A stretch of DNA of 54,161 bases from Alphaproteobacteria bacterium (GCA_051885355.1 JBJEXC010000021.1:1-54161), one strand, 5' to 3'; shown: positions 38,481 to 48,294, counted from the stretch's first letter. A program made the numbers and translations. Notes: generated by a model not told the origin, from the letters alone.

Positions 38481-40289
38481 TTATAAATTATTCCATGTCA
38501 ACTTTTTCGCACCACCATCATTTACAAAGAGAGTTCCTCCATTTTCAGGATCTCCAATGTAACAAGCCCCACTCATAATACCAACATTATTATTTGCTGA
38601 TATAAGGGCTGTAGTCAAAGCACCACCAGATTGAACCAAAGTCGACGCACCAGTTGCAATAGCATTCTGAAGTCCAGCATTTTTTCTTTCCTCCAAATTG
38701 GAAATTTTAGTCTTTTCCTCAGAAACCTTCTTTTGCATAGAATTATAAGTCTCCACCGCAGAACTGTAATTGTTGGTTTGAACAGTAGTATCAGAATCTT
38801 TTCCAAAACTACCATTTTTATATGCTTTTAATAAAGGATCTTCTTCATTGCCAGATGTATCAGAAGAACTTTTACTATCACTAGTTTTTTCACAACTACA
38901 AGATACTATAGTTTTAGAATCAATATAAGAAGAATACATAGATTTACATGTACTTATATCAACTGAACTTGAACAGTTAATAGGAGCTTTTTGTTTACAT
39001 ATATTTTCATAATCACCATAAACTCTTCCTGCTACATCAACATCAAAAGAACAAGTTTCTTTTTTGATATTACCAGCTAAATTTACCCCTATAGAATTTG
39101 CATAAGTTTTTTGAAGATAAGCTGCTCCAACCGCATCCTTAAATTGCAATCCCTTAAAATCAGTAAATTTCTTATAAAGTTCAGCCTCTTTCTCCTTTAC
39201 AGCCAAATCAGTCCATTCATCAAACTCAACATAACAGGATTTAACTGTGTTTCCCCAATCAGATGCCTTTACAGAATTACATGCTTGAGGTTGTACACTA
39301 AAAGATACTTGAGGTTGTTTACAATAATAATTGCCAGCAGAATCTGTAACTATATTGGAATCCTCACATTTATTAGTTCCTTTTTCACAATCTTTTTTCT
39401 TGCCAGCAGAACCACATAAAGTCCATTTTTCCTTACAATCAGTATCATTTATAGTAATATGCTCATTACCAGACGAAAATAAAAATTTACAATCCTTACC
39501 CTTCAATATATTTTTTTTCTTCAACTCTTTACTTGCTTGCACTGTATCAACGATAGAAACTGCCGTTTGTGTAAGCCCTGTGAACGCAGTGATTCCTGCA
39601 TTAATAACAGTTCCAAGTTGTTCGCTTGTCATTTCTTCTTTATATTCCATATCTTGATCACTTAAACCAAAGGCTTGATATGAACAAGTAAATGTTTTTC
39701 CAACATTGAAATCTTGACATCTGTGTTGCTTGTAATCACCATGCTTTGCATAATAGCAAATCTGAACTTTACAAACATTACCACTGACTTTTCCACCAGC
39801 AGTAGAACAAGAATCAGCAAAATAAGATTTTATTTTTTTCGTGATAAGGGCATTTGCTTTACTTCTTATCAAATCAGATTTTGCCCCATTATAAAGTGAT
39901 AAACACTCAGAATTAGCCCTTATATAAGTCTCCGCAACACCAGTTTGGAAACATTTTTCATAAGGAACATCCCCATAACAAGCAGAATATATACATGTTA
40001 ATAAATTACTTGATAAAATTTCCGCCGCTGTATCATCGTCAACCGCACTGGTCGAAGTGGTGGTGGTAGTTGTGGCATTTCCTCTTGCTCTGGCATTAAC
40101 AGAATTTGCCCTTTCATCATCGACATTTTCTGTGCTATCAGTAACTACAACTGGCGCAACAACCTTTTTTTTGGATGAACCTCTTTTAGTTCTTGATGCA
40201 CGTTTGTTAGTTGCTGCAAAAATATTATCAGCAAAAGAAAACGCCATTAATAATAAAAGAGTAAAGCAAATAAATTTATTATTTTTCAT
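38481..40289 (-). CDS. Cys-rich exported protein with hydrophobic helical segments
   Basis: 602 aa, signal peptide, basic tract, Thr run, many Cys. Confidence 0.8.
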   Translation of the reverse strand: MKNNKFICFTLLLLMAFSFADNIFAATNKRASRTKRGSSKKKVVAPVVVTDSTENVDDERANSVNARARGNATTTTTTSTSAVDDDTAAEILSSNLLTCIYSACYGDVPYEKCFQTGVAETYIRANSECLSLYNGAKSDLIRSKANALITKKIKSYFADSCSTAGGKVSGNVCKVQICYYAKHGDYKQHRCQDFNVGKTFTCSYQAFGLSDQDMEYKEEMTSEQLGTVINAGITAFTGLTQTAVSIVDTVQASKELKKKNILKGKDCKFLFSSGNEHITINDTDCKEKWTLCGSAGKKKDCEKGTNKCEDSNIVTDSAGNYYCKQPQVSFSVQPQACNSVKASDWGNTVKSCYVEFDEWTDLAVKEKEAELYKKFTDFKGLQFKDAVGAAYLQKTYANSIGVNLAGNIKKETCSFDVDVAGRVYGDYENICKQKAPINCSSSVDISTCKSMYSSYIDSKTIVSCSCEKTSDSKSSSDTSGNEEDPLLKAYKNGSFGKDSDTTVQTNNYSSAVETYNSMQKKVSEEKTKISNLEERKNAGLQNAIATGASTLVQSGGALTTALISANNNVGIMSGACYIGDPENGGTLFVNDGGAKKLTWNNL

Positions 40290-40437
40290 AATATTCTCCC
40301 CAATTTAAATAAATTGTATCATTTTTTTTCCCTGTTGTAAAGAGTTTTAAATCTACTATTTAACAAAAAATTAAAATCCCCTCTTTACACACCCAAAAAA
40401 ATATGATATTATAGAAAAGTCGAAATGAGGGAGAGAA

Positions 40438-41574
40438 ATGTCAGGAAGTAACATTCTAAATATTTTAAAAACAATGTCTATAATATGTATAGGACTTACC
40501 TCCTGCCGTTCATCAAGATTAGATCAACGCATTCCATTTAAAAAATCTGAAAAAAAGATGATGTTGCAAAAAAGCGATTTTTCGGCACTTCCTAATTGGA
40601 ATAATGATAACAAAGTCCAAGCATTGGAAGCCTTTAAAAAATCCTGTGCAAAAATTATGTCAGAAAATGATTTTGTTGCAAGTTCGCAAATCGTAATTTC
40701 CGCTGACTTTATGAAATCCGCATGCGAGGCTATACCGGAGGGAAATATAACACCAGAATTGGCAACAACCTACTTCGAATATTGGTTTGAACCTTATATG
40801 ATTCAGAATATGGACGGCTCTTCAACTGGAACTTTCACCAGTTATTATGAAGCCGAATTAGAAGGAAGTCTTAACGCAACCTGCGAATACTTAAACCCTA
40901 TTTATGGCAAACCTTCTGATTTACCTGCAAATGGTGGAAAATATCACACTCGCGAACAAATAGGAAATGGTGCAATCCGTAATAAAGCCCCTGTCCTATT
41001 TTGGGCAAAAAATGCCTCAGATGTGTTTATCCTTCAAATCCAAGGTTCCGGTATAGTCAGAACAAAGGACGGTAAAAAATACCGCGTTGGATATGCTGGC
41101 AATAACGGACATTCCTTCGTTGGTATTGGCTCTATACTTCAAAAAAATGGGATAAGACCGGAAGGCGGACTTTCTATGGGTGCAATCAAAAATTGGCTTG
41201 ATGCAAATCCTAAACAGGCAAAAAAACTTATGAACCAAAACCCAAGATATATATTTTTCCGCGATATAGTTGGTGAGGGGCCTATTGGTGCAATGGGAGT
41301 TCCTCTTACCGCAGGAAGAAGTGTCGCAGTCGATAACGAATATATACCTCTTGGACTTCCACTATTTTTACAAACAAACGACCCTGACGGCATACCTCTT
41401 CAAAAATTGGTTATCGCTCAGGATATCGGCACCGCAATCAAAGGAGCAATCCGTGCCGACTATTTCTGGGGCAGTGGTAAAGAGGCTTTACAAAAGGCAG
41501 GCCGTATGAAATCAAATGGCTCTTACTATATCCTTCTTCCAAGGGACGGCAAAAACTTCGCTGTGAAAAAATAA
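40438..41574 (+). CDS. mltA: Membrane-bound lytic murein transglycosylase A
   Basis: Lipobox LTSC, FTSYYE, LQIQGSG, NPRYIFF, AVD, AQDIGTAIKGAIRADYFWG. Confidence 0.93.
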   Translation: MSGSNILNILKTMSIICIGLTSCRSSRLDQRIPFKKSEKKMMLQKSDFSALPNWNNDNKVQALEAFKKSCAKIMSENDFVASSQIVISADFMKSACEAIPEGNITPELATTYFEYWFEPYMIQNMDGSSTGTFTSYYEAELEGSLNATCEYLNPIYGKPSDLPANGGKYHTREQIGNGAIRNKAPVLFWAKNASDVFILQIQGSGIVRTKDGKKYRVGYAGNNGHSFVGIGSILQKNGIRPEGGLSMGAIKNWLDANPKQAKKLMNQNPRYIFFRDIVGEGPIGAMGVPLTAGRSVAVDNEYIPLGLPLFLQTNDPDGIPLQKLVIAQDIGTAIKGAIRADYFWGSGKEALQKAGRMKSNGSYYILLPRDGKNFAVKK

Positions 41575-41664
41575 TCATTGATATTTTCTTGAATTCCTTA
41601 TAATATAAAAAATAAAGTTAATTCGAAAGAATTTTATAAATAATAACATTTGAAAGGTTTAAAA

Positions 41665-41835
41665 ATGAAAATAACAGATAAAGAATTTTACACCAAAATA
41701 GAGCATATTGCTTATGGTTGGGTTCCTACAGATTATGTTCCTCCTTCGACAGAGAAATTAGAAACAAAAAAAATACTTGATGATGAAGATTTGATGCAAA
41801 AAATAAACAAATATAACAAAATAAACCAAAGATAA
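41665..41835 (+). CDS. Small hypothetical protein (ends ...KINQR)
   Basis: GAAAGG RBS, 56 aa, terminator follows. Confidence 0.6.
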   Translation: MKITDKEFYTKIEHIAYGWVPTDYVPPSTEKLETKKILDDEDLMQKINKYNKINQR

Positions 41836-41841
41836 ATCAAA

Positions 41842-41869
41842 AGCCCCTATTATAAGGGGCTGTTTTTTT
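41842..41869. terminator. Bidirectional intrinsic terminator
   Basis: AGCCCCT...AGGGGCT plus T run. Confidence 0.7.
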
Positions 41870-41889
41870 ATATTGTTATAGTTAATATA

Positions 41890-42522
41890 TTATTCCATTT
41901 CTCCTTTTTTATCAAGGAATTCTTTCAATACCTTTTTCCCATCTTTATCAAGATATTTATTCAAACGTTTAAGATACATCTCTTCCTTACTTTTTTTACG
42001 AAGTTTCTTTTCTGCCTTATCAAACTCATTCTCTATTGGAAAAATTTTCTTAAACCTACTATTCCAAACAACATCACCTTCATAAACAGGATATACCTTT
42101 GTTGACCAAGTTCCAGCAAAAACATATCCTTTTATAGAGGGATTAAACCAAGGATGTCTTTTAAACTCTTCATGTCGGCGAATAGGATCAAGCACAACAA
42201 AATCCTCCCCCATATTTTTTTCAGTATTATAAAAACTTTTAAGTTTTTCCTCCGATACCATTTCTCCAATATATTGCGCTTTACCAAATTCTGAACTATG
42301 AGTTCCATCTTCATTAACAGTAAATTTATCAATAAAAAAGTGTGGTGCGTTCATTTTATCCTTTTTAAATCTGTCTTTAACATAATTAAAAGCCTCTTCA
42401 TAACTTGTAAAATCTTTATGCACATACAAAACCATACCACTAAAGTCCAAATCATGATATGGATAATAACTATATGGTAAACCACTATCAAAACGAACAG
42501 AATATGTCTCTTTTATTGCCAT
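41890..42522 (-). CDS. Hypothetical protein, paralog of 42637-43047
   Basis: Start MAIKETY at 42522 after AGGAG; QYIG...KVYP...DVV...KKIFPI. Confidence 0.75.
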   Translation of the reverse strand: MAIKETYSVRFDSGLPYSYYPYHDLDFSGMVLYVHKDFTSYEEAFNYVKDRFKKDKMNAPHFFIDKFTVNEDGTHSSEFGKAQYIGEMVSEEKLKSFYNTEKNMGEDFVVLDPIRRHEEFKRHPWFNPSIKGYVFAGTWSTKVYPVYEGDVVWNSRFKKIFPIENEFDKAEKKLRKKSKEEMYLKRLNKYLDKDGKKVLKEFLDKKGEME

Positions 42523-42548
42523 TTTTTTCTCCTTTTTTGTTAGACATA

Positions 42549-42580
42549 ATTCTATTTTACCCCCCCCCAAGTTTTGTCAA
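42549..42580 (-). promoter_or_regulatory. Promoter with G9 tract in the -35/-10 spacer
   Basis: TTGACA-AAACTT-GGGGGGGGG-TAAAATAGAAT. Confidence 0.65.
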
Positions 42581-42636
42581 GAAAAAAAAGAGGATATAAA
42601 TCCTTATACCCCCTTAAAAACTAAATAAAAATATTT

Positions 42637-43047
42637 TTATCTTGATTTTTTATTTAACGCTTGCAAAAAATGTTCCTTCTTTTTCATTATAGGATAAATT
42701 TGTTTAAGATTTTTATCTAAAACTACATCATATTTACCCAAAGGATAAATTTTTCCATTTGCAAATGTTTTAACAACATTATTAATAAGAGTTACAACAT
42801 TTTTATCAGAAAGCCATTGCGCATTTATATCTTTATCATTTAAAAGATTACCAATATATTGACGACCTTTTGTTGTTTTTAGCGAGTTAGAATCAATCAT
42901 ATCAATATGAAAATAAATAATGTGATTAATATTTTTTTTAAGAAAATCATTTAATTTTTCCTCAGAAAAAAAACGTTCACTACTCTCATAATACTCAGAA
43001 GCCAAATAAGTTAATAAAAAATATTTTCTTTGAAAATTTTTCTTCAT
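42637..43047 (-). CDS. Hypothetical protein (ends ...NKKSR)
   Basis: QYIG...KIYP...DVV...KQIYPI. Confidence 0.7.
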   Translation of the reverse strand: MKKNFQRKYFLLTYLASEYYESSERFFSEEKLNDFLKKNINHIIYFHIDMIDSNSLKTTKGRQYIGNLLNDKDINAQWLSDKNVVTLINNVVKTFANGKIYPLGKYDVVLDKNLKQIYPIMKKKEHFLQALNKKSR

Positions 43048-43061
43048 AATTTTACCTTTCG

Positions 43062-43994
43062 TTACCTTGTTAAAATATTCTGTTGCATAGCAATAAGATT
43101 ATTAACCTTTTTCTTCAATGTAGCAAGAGTCATAACATCTTCCTTTTTAAACTCAGATGTTGTAAAGTTATGCTTTACACCCTTTTGAAATTCCCTATCA
43201 TAAAATACACCAAATACACGCTCTGCAAAATCAGTCACTTCCTTTTTTATTCTTTCAATATGTCCTGACGAAGTATTCCTTACATCACTAATAGAAATAT
43301 TTTTAAATGATGGCAAATACTCTTTATCTCTATCTGCAAGTTGAAAATGCCAGTTTTCATCATTTATATGACGAAGATTCAAAATTGACGACACCATCAA
43401 CCTTAATATATCAACATTTAAAATAGAAAGTTTCAAATTTTTATCCGCATTTTCAACTGGTTCCATATGAGTTGTAAAAAATGGATTATTCACATTGTCA
43501 AAATCCGAATTTAAAGCCTTTATTTGCTTTAAAAGTTCTGGATTTTTCCTTAATAACCACTTTGGTTGAGTAAATGGTCGGCCATAAGAATCTGTCATCA
43601 ACAAATCCACCGCACCACCACAAATATGTGGCACACCTCTATTTTTATCAGGCTTTACAAATAAAGTTGACCCAGGGTTCTTCTTCTGCTCCGCTTCGTA
43701 TTTTGCCAATTGAATTTCAAACGGACGCCACGCCTCAATCACACGAAACTTCACATCAAAAATTTTTGCAAGTTTGTTAAGAATATACATACTGACATAC
43801 ATAGTAGGATTTACCGAATATGTCATATCAAGTATTCCCAAAGCCCTATAATCCTTTTCATAAGCAGGTGCATAACTAAACCTATCAAGCCCAGAAAGCG
43901 GGATAAGAATTTCATATTCCGGACCTACAAATTTTTTAAATGGATCTATACCCATATTTAAAAAATCAGAATACAATTTCACACCTTTATTCAT
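43062..43994 (-). CDS. M15/VanX-like D-Ala-D-Ala dipeptidase homolog (ends ...NILTR)
   Basis: EAWRPFEIQ, PHICGGAVDL, ENWHF. Confidence 0.75.
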   Translation of the reverse strand: MNKGVKLYSDFLNMGIDPFKKFVGPEYEILIPLSGLDRFSYAPAYEKDYRALGILDMTYSVNPTMYVSMYILNKLAKIFDVKFRVIEAWRPFEIQLAKYEAEQKKNPGSTLFVKPDKNRGVPHICGGAVDLLMTDSYGRPFTQPKWLLRKNPELLKQIKALNSDFDNVNNPFFTTHMEPVENADKNLKLSILNVDILRLMVSSILNLRHINDENWHFQLADRDKEYLPSFKNISISDVRNTSSGHIERIKKEVTDFAERVFGVFYDREFQKGVKHNFTTSEFKKEDVMTLATLKKKVNNLIAMQQNILTR

Positions 43995-44102
43995 TAAAAA
44001 ACTCCTTACAAATTAATAATGCCTTTATTATAATCAAAAAGATAATATTTGTCAAGTAAATTATATAAAATAAAAAATCCTCCAAACAGAGGATTAAACT
44101 TT

Positions 44103-44179
44103 TGGTGGCGCCCCCCAGACTCGAACTGGGGACCTGCGGATTATGATTCCGTCGCTCTAACCAACTGAGCTAGGGCGCC
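44103..44179 (-). tRNA. tRNA-Met(CAT), probably elongator
   Basis: GGCGCCC/GGGCGCC acceptor, ATCATAA loop, CCA. Confidence 0.9.
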
Positions 44180-44327
44180 AAAGATTGATTTATAATACTA
44201 TATCCTATTTTAAAAGTCAACTAATTTTATATCAGAATTTTCAATCCATACAACAAATATCCTTTACAAAATCAAAAAATATATTTATATTGTATTTTAG
44301 ATTAATTTAAGGAAAGGAAAAATTAAA

Positions 44328-44999
44328 ATGATTCTCAACAAATCCTTAACTTTTGCTCTACTTTTGACAGGGGGGGGTATTTGTCTAAATAATTCAGCAA
44401 ATGCAGTCACTTTATATTCTTGCAAACCTTGCACTGCCCGAGATCCAAACGCAACAAATTGTAATCCCAAAACTGGAAGATCTACCTCCTGTAAGCAAGG
44501 ATATCATCTAAATTATTTTGGTTATTGCACCAGAAATACAATAAATTGCAACCCTGGTTATGGCGGTTGTAGTTATATGTCCGGATGTTTTAAATGCCCT
44601 TCTGGCACTTATTCCCCTGGCGGTTGTAGCGCATGTAGCCCTTGTCCTAACGGAACATATCAACCTAATTCTGGTGGATGTTCTTGTCTATCTTGTTCAG
44701 AAATGCGTGTATATTATGGTTATGCAACAAAATATACTAATAAACGAACACCAGAATTAAAATGGAATACCGTATATACCTGTGGTAATACCCTTTTCGG
44801 AGACCCAAGAAAAGGTCATTCAAAATATTGCACAGCAGATACTCATAAAAAAGGTCTACAATGGTATATGGATAGTGGTATAGGTATAGGAGAAGGTAGC
44901 AAGTTCCAAATAATCTGTGAAAAAACAACTGGTAACAAATGTATCTATGATGAAAATGGAACAATGAAAAAATGTCTAAAACCTAATTATAAATGGTAA
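44328..44999 (+). CDS. Exported Cys-rich protein with TNFR/ephrin-receptor-like CPxGTY repeats
   Basis: Signal peptide; CNPGY, CPSGTYS, CPNGTYQ; G8 tract at 44370-44377. Confidence 0.8.
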   Translation: MILNKSLTFALLLTGGGICLNNSANAVTLYSCKPCTARDPNATNCNPKTGRSTSCKQGYHLNYFGYCTRNTINCNPGYGGCSYMSGCFKCPSGTYSPGGCSACSPCPNGTYQPNSGGCSCLSCSEMRVYYGYATKYTNKRTPELKWNTVYTCGNTLFGDPRKGHSKYCTADTHKKGLQWYMDSGIGIGEGSKFQIICEKTTGNKCIYDENGTMKKCLKPNYKW

Positions 45000-45003
45000 A
45001 AAT

Positions 45004-45029
45004 AAAATCCCCGTCACTGGGGATTTTTT
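45004..45029. terminator. Bidirectional intrinsic terminator
   Basis: AAAATCCCC...GGGGATTTT. Confidence 0.75.
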
Positions 45030-45037
45030 AATGAAAC

Positions 45038-45463
45038 CTATCTTGTTTTAGTCTTCATATACTCTTCAAATTCATCATTAAGTTTTTCAGCATTCTTTCC
45101 ATATAAATTAGATGGACTTGTTATCCTTTTATAATCATCAAGAACTTTAACTGCAACAGCATCACCACCATACCTATGATGAACAAAAACAACATTATCT
45201 CCCTTTACTGGATAAAATATATTAGTCAAACTATTTACGGCAATATCCCCTTCATCAAACTTTCCATTTTTATTAATATCTAACTTAAATTTATATCGTT
45301 CTTCATTCATAAAATTTGTATAAGAAGATACAGATATCAAAGGAGCCTCATCTATTTCTCCTGTTCTGATTTTTTCATTTTTACGATATTCTCTATATAA
45401 TAATGCTGTAGGTATAGATGCTATAAAACAACATAGAATAAAACTATCAATAAAAGTTTTCAT
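45038..45463 (-). CDS. N-terminally anchored hypothetical protein (ends ...KTKTR)
   Basis: ATG 45463 after AGGAG; DINKNGKFD motif. Confidence 0.7.
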   Translation of the reverse strand: MKTFIDSFILCCFIASIPTALLYREYRKNEKIRTGEIDEAPLISVSSYTNFMNEERYKFKLDINKNGKFDEGDIAVNSLTNIFYPVKGDNVVFVHHRYGGDAVAVKVLDDYKRITSPSNLYGKNAEKLNDEFEEYMKTKTR

Positions 45464-45506
45464 AAAAATCACTCCTATTTTTTATATAATAATTAATATA
45501 AACAAA

Positions 45507-46640
45507 TCATAAAAAATCTTTATAATAATCATAAATATTTTTATGTTTTATATTTAAAAAAAACATCTTTGCTGCTATTGTTGGATTTAATTGTCTAACT
45601 TTAGAGATATCAAACGATATTAAATTATTTACAATATTACAATCTTTCTTATAAATAAAAAATAACGGATTTATTTTATATCCAGACACTTTACCATTTC
45701 CACCTCTTTCTTTTCTTTCTTCTAAGTTAGAAATAGTAACGATATTTCCAGAAAAAATAGCCTTATGCTTACAAAGAAATGTCTTTAAAAATTTTGGAGT
45801 CCATACTTTATAATGATTCCTTCCCGCTGGTCTAATTTCTCCTTGTAATTTAGCCCACTTTGATATTTGATTTATAGGAAGCATTACTAAATTTCCATCT
45901 GAATCTTCTGTACAAACTACATCAGCATATTTTTTTACATAATTATTAGTAACAGCAATATTTATACTTTCTTCTGAAAAATTATTTATATTATGTCCCA
46001 TAGACTTAAAAAAGTTTAACCCTTTCTGTTCTTTCAACATATATTTAAATTGAGAGTAATTTTGCAAAAATTCTTTATTAACTAATAATTTTCCATTTTC
46101 CTTATACTTTGGTAAGTCAGGTTCACTAGTTTTAGCTCCAGGTTCCTTAAATTCAATCGTATAAATAGTTAAATCAATAACGGTAATTAAAGCACTATCA
46201 ATTCCACCACAACTTCCTGCTTGTATAAGCATCCGTTTTTTTTTGGCATCAGAATAAACATATCTAGGAACAAGATTATAAGAATTTAATAAATTTAAAA
46301 TATTTGAAGGAATAAATTTAGGCTGTTCGCAACAATTAATAAAATTTTTCAATTTTAACATATTCGCAAATGTTTGTGCATAAACACATTCGCTAAAAAC
46401 AGCAGATTGAATATTTCCATTACATTTATAGCTTTTTTTTATTTGATGCGCTAATGCAGGACATTGTTCTTCTAAAACAGTAATATCTTTTTTTAAATTT
46501 AAAGTTTTTGATTTAGCCTTTTCCCAAATACTTTTTCTCTCTGATTTATTGTAAATCACTTTAGTTACAGGAATTGAATAAAACTCCTTCATAATTTCTT
46601 TTTGTAATTTTGTTAATTGTATTTTTTTGTTATTCATCAC
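45507..46640 (-). CDS. Putative restriction endonuclease (PD-(D/E)xK-like)
   Basis: Overlaps MTase stop; ID...IEFKE candidate catalytic motif. Confidence 0.5.
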   Translation of the reverse strand: MMNNKKIQLTKLQKEIMKEFYSIPVTKVIYNKSERKSIWEKAKSKTLNLKKDITVLEEQCPALAHQIKKSYKCNGNIQSAVFSECVYAQTFANMLKLKNFINCCEQPKFIPSNILNLLNSYNLVPRYVYSDAKKKRMLIQAGSCGGIDSALITVIDLTIYTIEFKEPGAKTSEPDLPKYKENGKLLVNKEFLQNYSQFKYMLKEQKGLNFFKSMGHNINNFSEESINIAVTNNYVKKYADVVCTEDSDGNLVMLPINQISKWAKLQGEIRPAGRNHYKVWTPKFLKTFLCKHKAIFSGNIVTISNLEERKERGGNGKVSGYKINPLFFIYKKDCNIVNNLISFDISKVRQLNPTIAAKMFFLNIKHKNIYDYYKDFL

Positions 46641-48294
46641 TATTTGTTCCTATAAAAGTATTAGAATGTAATAAGTTAAAAATTTGTGAATCTTGAGTAA
46701 ATCCTAGTATCTTTAATAATCTTTGATTTATACTATTTCTATATTTTTTAGGAAATTTAATATTTTCTTGCAATGATCCTGCATTCATTTTTGTAATTAT
46801 ATAATGTTGTTCTTCAGAAATCATTTTATTTGTCATTTTTCTAAAAAATAAACCATCCTCTTCAGATAATAAATTTAAAGGAAGTGGAATTTCTAATAAT
46901 AAACTAATTGGATAAGTAATTCCTCCATCATAAATACGCCACCACCAATATACGAAACTAGAATTTATAAAACAATATACAAAATTAAATTCTTCTTCCG
47001 TTTGTAAATTAATTATAATTTCACCTGTCCTATTTAAATTTTTAAAAGCCCCTGTAGTATAATACCTACAAGTATTAGGCATGTATATAGTATATTTAAA
47101 ATCTTTACAAATAATATTTTTTAATTTAAATTGTGAACTTTCTATCCATTTATTAAATACCGAATATAATTCCTTATTTACCTTTGCAAATTTTGTGGAA
47201 TTTTTATCAATTAATTGTAAATCATAAGGTAAAACTTTTTGCAAAACTTCACATTTTAATAAATGTTTTCTTTCTTCATTTTTAAATCTTATTAAAGGAG
47301 AAATTTTAAAACCTTTATTCTCTTTTTTATTAAAAATAGTTATTGCTGCTCTAACAGAATTAGTCGTATTTGTATTAAATATTCCATATTTTTTACCACA
47401 AAAAATATTTCCAGGAACATTATCGAAAGAAAAAATAACTCCTCCTCCAATCTTACACATTTTTTTACGTAATGTATAAAATTTCTTACCTGAAATAAAA
47501 CTAAAAGGTGTTATAATCACACTTGACATAGACTGTTCAAATATTTTTTCCATAAAGATAGAATACAATTCTTTTGTATCAAGTAAAACATCTGTCATAT
47601 TCCAAGTATTTTCAATACTCTTTATTGAAGTATAAGGAGGATTAGATATAACTTTAGCAGCAGATGGTAATATAATCTTTTTATTCATAAAATCACAACA
47701 AAAATCATGAATACAATTATGATTACATATATTATATTTTACAATTATAGAAGTCTTACATATCTTTAATGCCACTTTATCAATATCATATAAATATAAA
47801 CATCCACTATTTATTAAAGAAATTGCTTTTTCTGTTCCTATATAATTCAAATAAGTTAGAATTAAGTTCCCTGTACCACATCCGACATCACAAATATTTT
47901 TACCTTCACATTTATCAAACCAATTTGCCATTACTTCTGCGACATCATCTGGAGTATAATATTGTCCATGTTTTTTCTTTTCGCATTTATTTGCAATTGC
48001 CAAGCCCATCTCATACATATCACTTAAATTAGAAATTGTTAAAAATTCCTTATTTTCTCCAAAAGATAAAAGATATTCACAAATTTTATCCCATGTAGAA
48101 GATAAACCTAAATTTTTCACATCTTCAATGTATTTTTCTAAATTATACTTACTTAATCTATTATCTTTTTTATTTTGATAAGGTAAGATTGAATCACAAA
48201 ATGAATTATCAATTTGAGTATTTAATATATCATTAGGATATAAAAATAATTGTTCTGCTATTTTAAGATTATTTGTTTTCATTTTTAATATCAC
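46630..48294 (-). CDS. N6-adenine DNA methyltransferase (gamma motif order)
   Basis: GQYYTP, DVGCGTGN (motif I), SNPPY (motif IV). Confidence 0.9.
   Translation of the reverse strand: MILKMKTNNLKIAEQLFLYPNDILNTQIDNSFCDSILPYQNKKDNRLSKYNLEKYIEDVKNLGLSSTWDKICEYLLSFGENKEFLTISNLSDMYEMGLAIANKCEKKKHGQYYTPDDVAEVMANWFDKCEGKNICDVGCGTGNLILTYLNYIGTEKAISLINSGCLYLYDIDKVALKICKTSIIVKYNICNHNCIHDFCCDFMNKKIILPSAAKVISNPPYTSIKSIENTWNMTDVLLDTKELYSIFMEKIFEQSMSSVIITPFSFISGKKFYTLRKKMCKIGGGVIFSFDNVPGNIFCGKKYGIFNTNTTNSVRAAITIFNKKENKGFKISPLIRFKNEERKHLLKCEVLQKVLPYDLQLIDKNSTKFAKVNKELYSVFNKWIESSQFKLKNIICKDFKYTIYMPNTCRYYTTGAFKNLNRTGEIIINLQTEEEFNFVYCFINSSFVYWWWRIYDGGITYPISLLLEIPLPLNLLSEEDGLFFRKMTNKMISEEQHYIITKMNAGSLQENIKFPKKYRNSINQRLLKILGFTQDSQIFNLLHSNTFIGTNSDE

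Noticed and set aside
44103-44179. Initiator tRNA-fMet
   Set aside because: Has a G1-C72 pair and lacks the three consecutive G-C pairs in the anticodon stem; Ile2 is less likely but not excluded
25830-45050. CAAAGATAA/ACAAGATAA at gene ends as a DNA recombination or cassette site
   Set aside because: Synonymous variants (AGG, TAG) occur and nothing is conserved after the stop, so the protein-level explanation fits better
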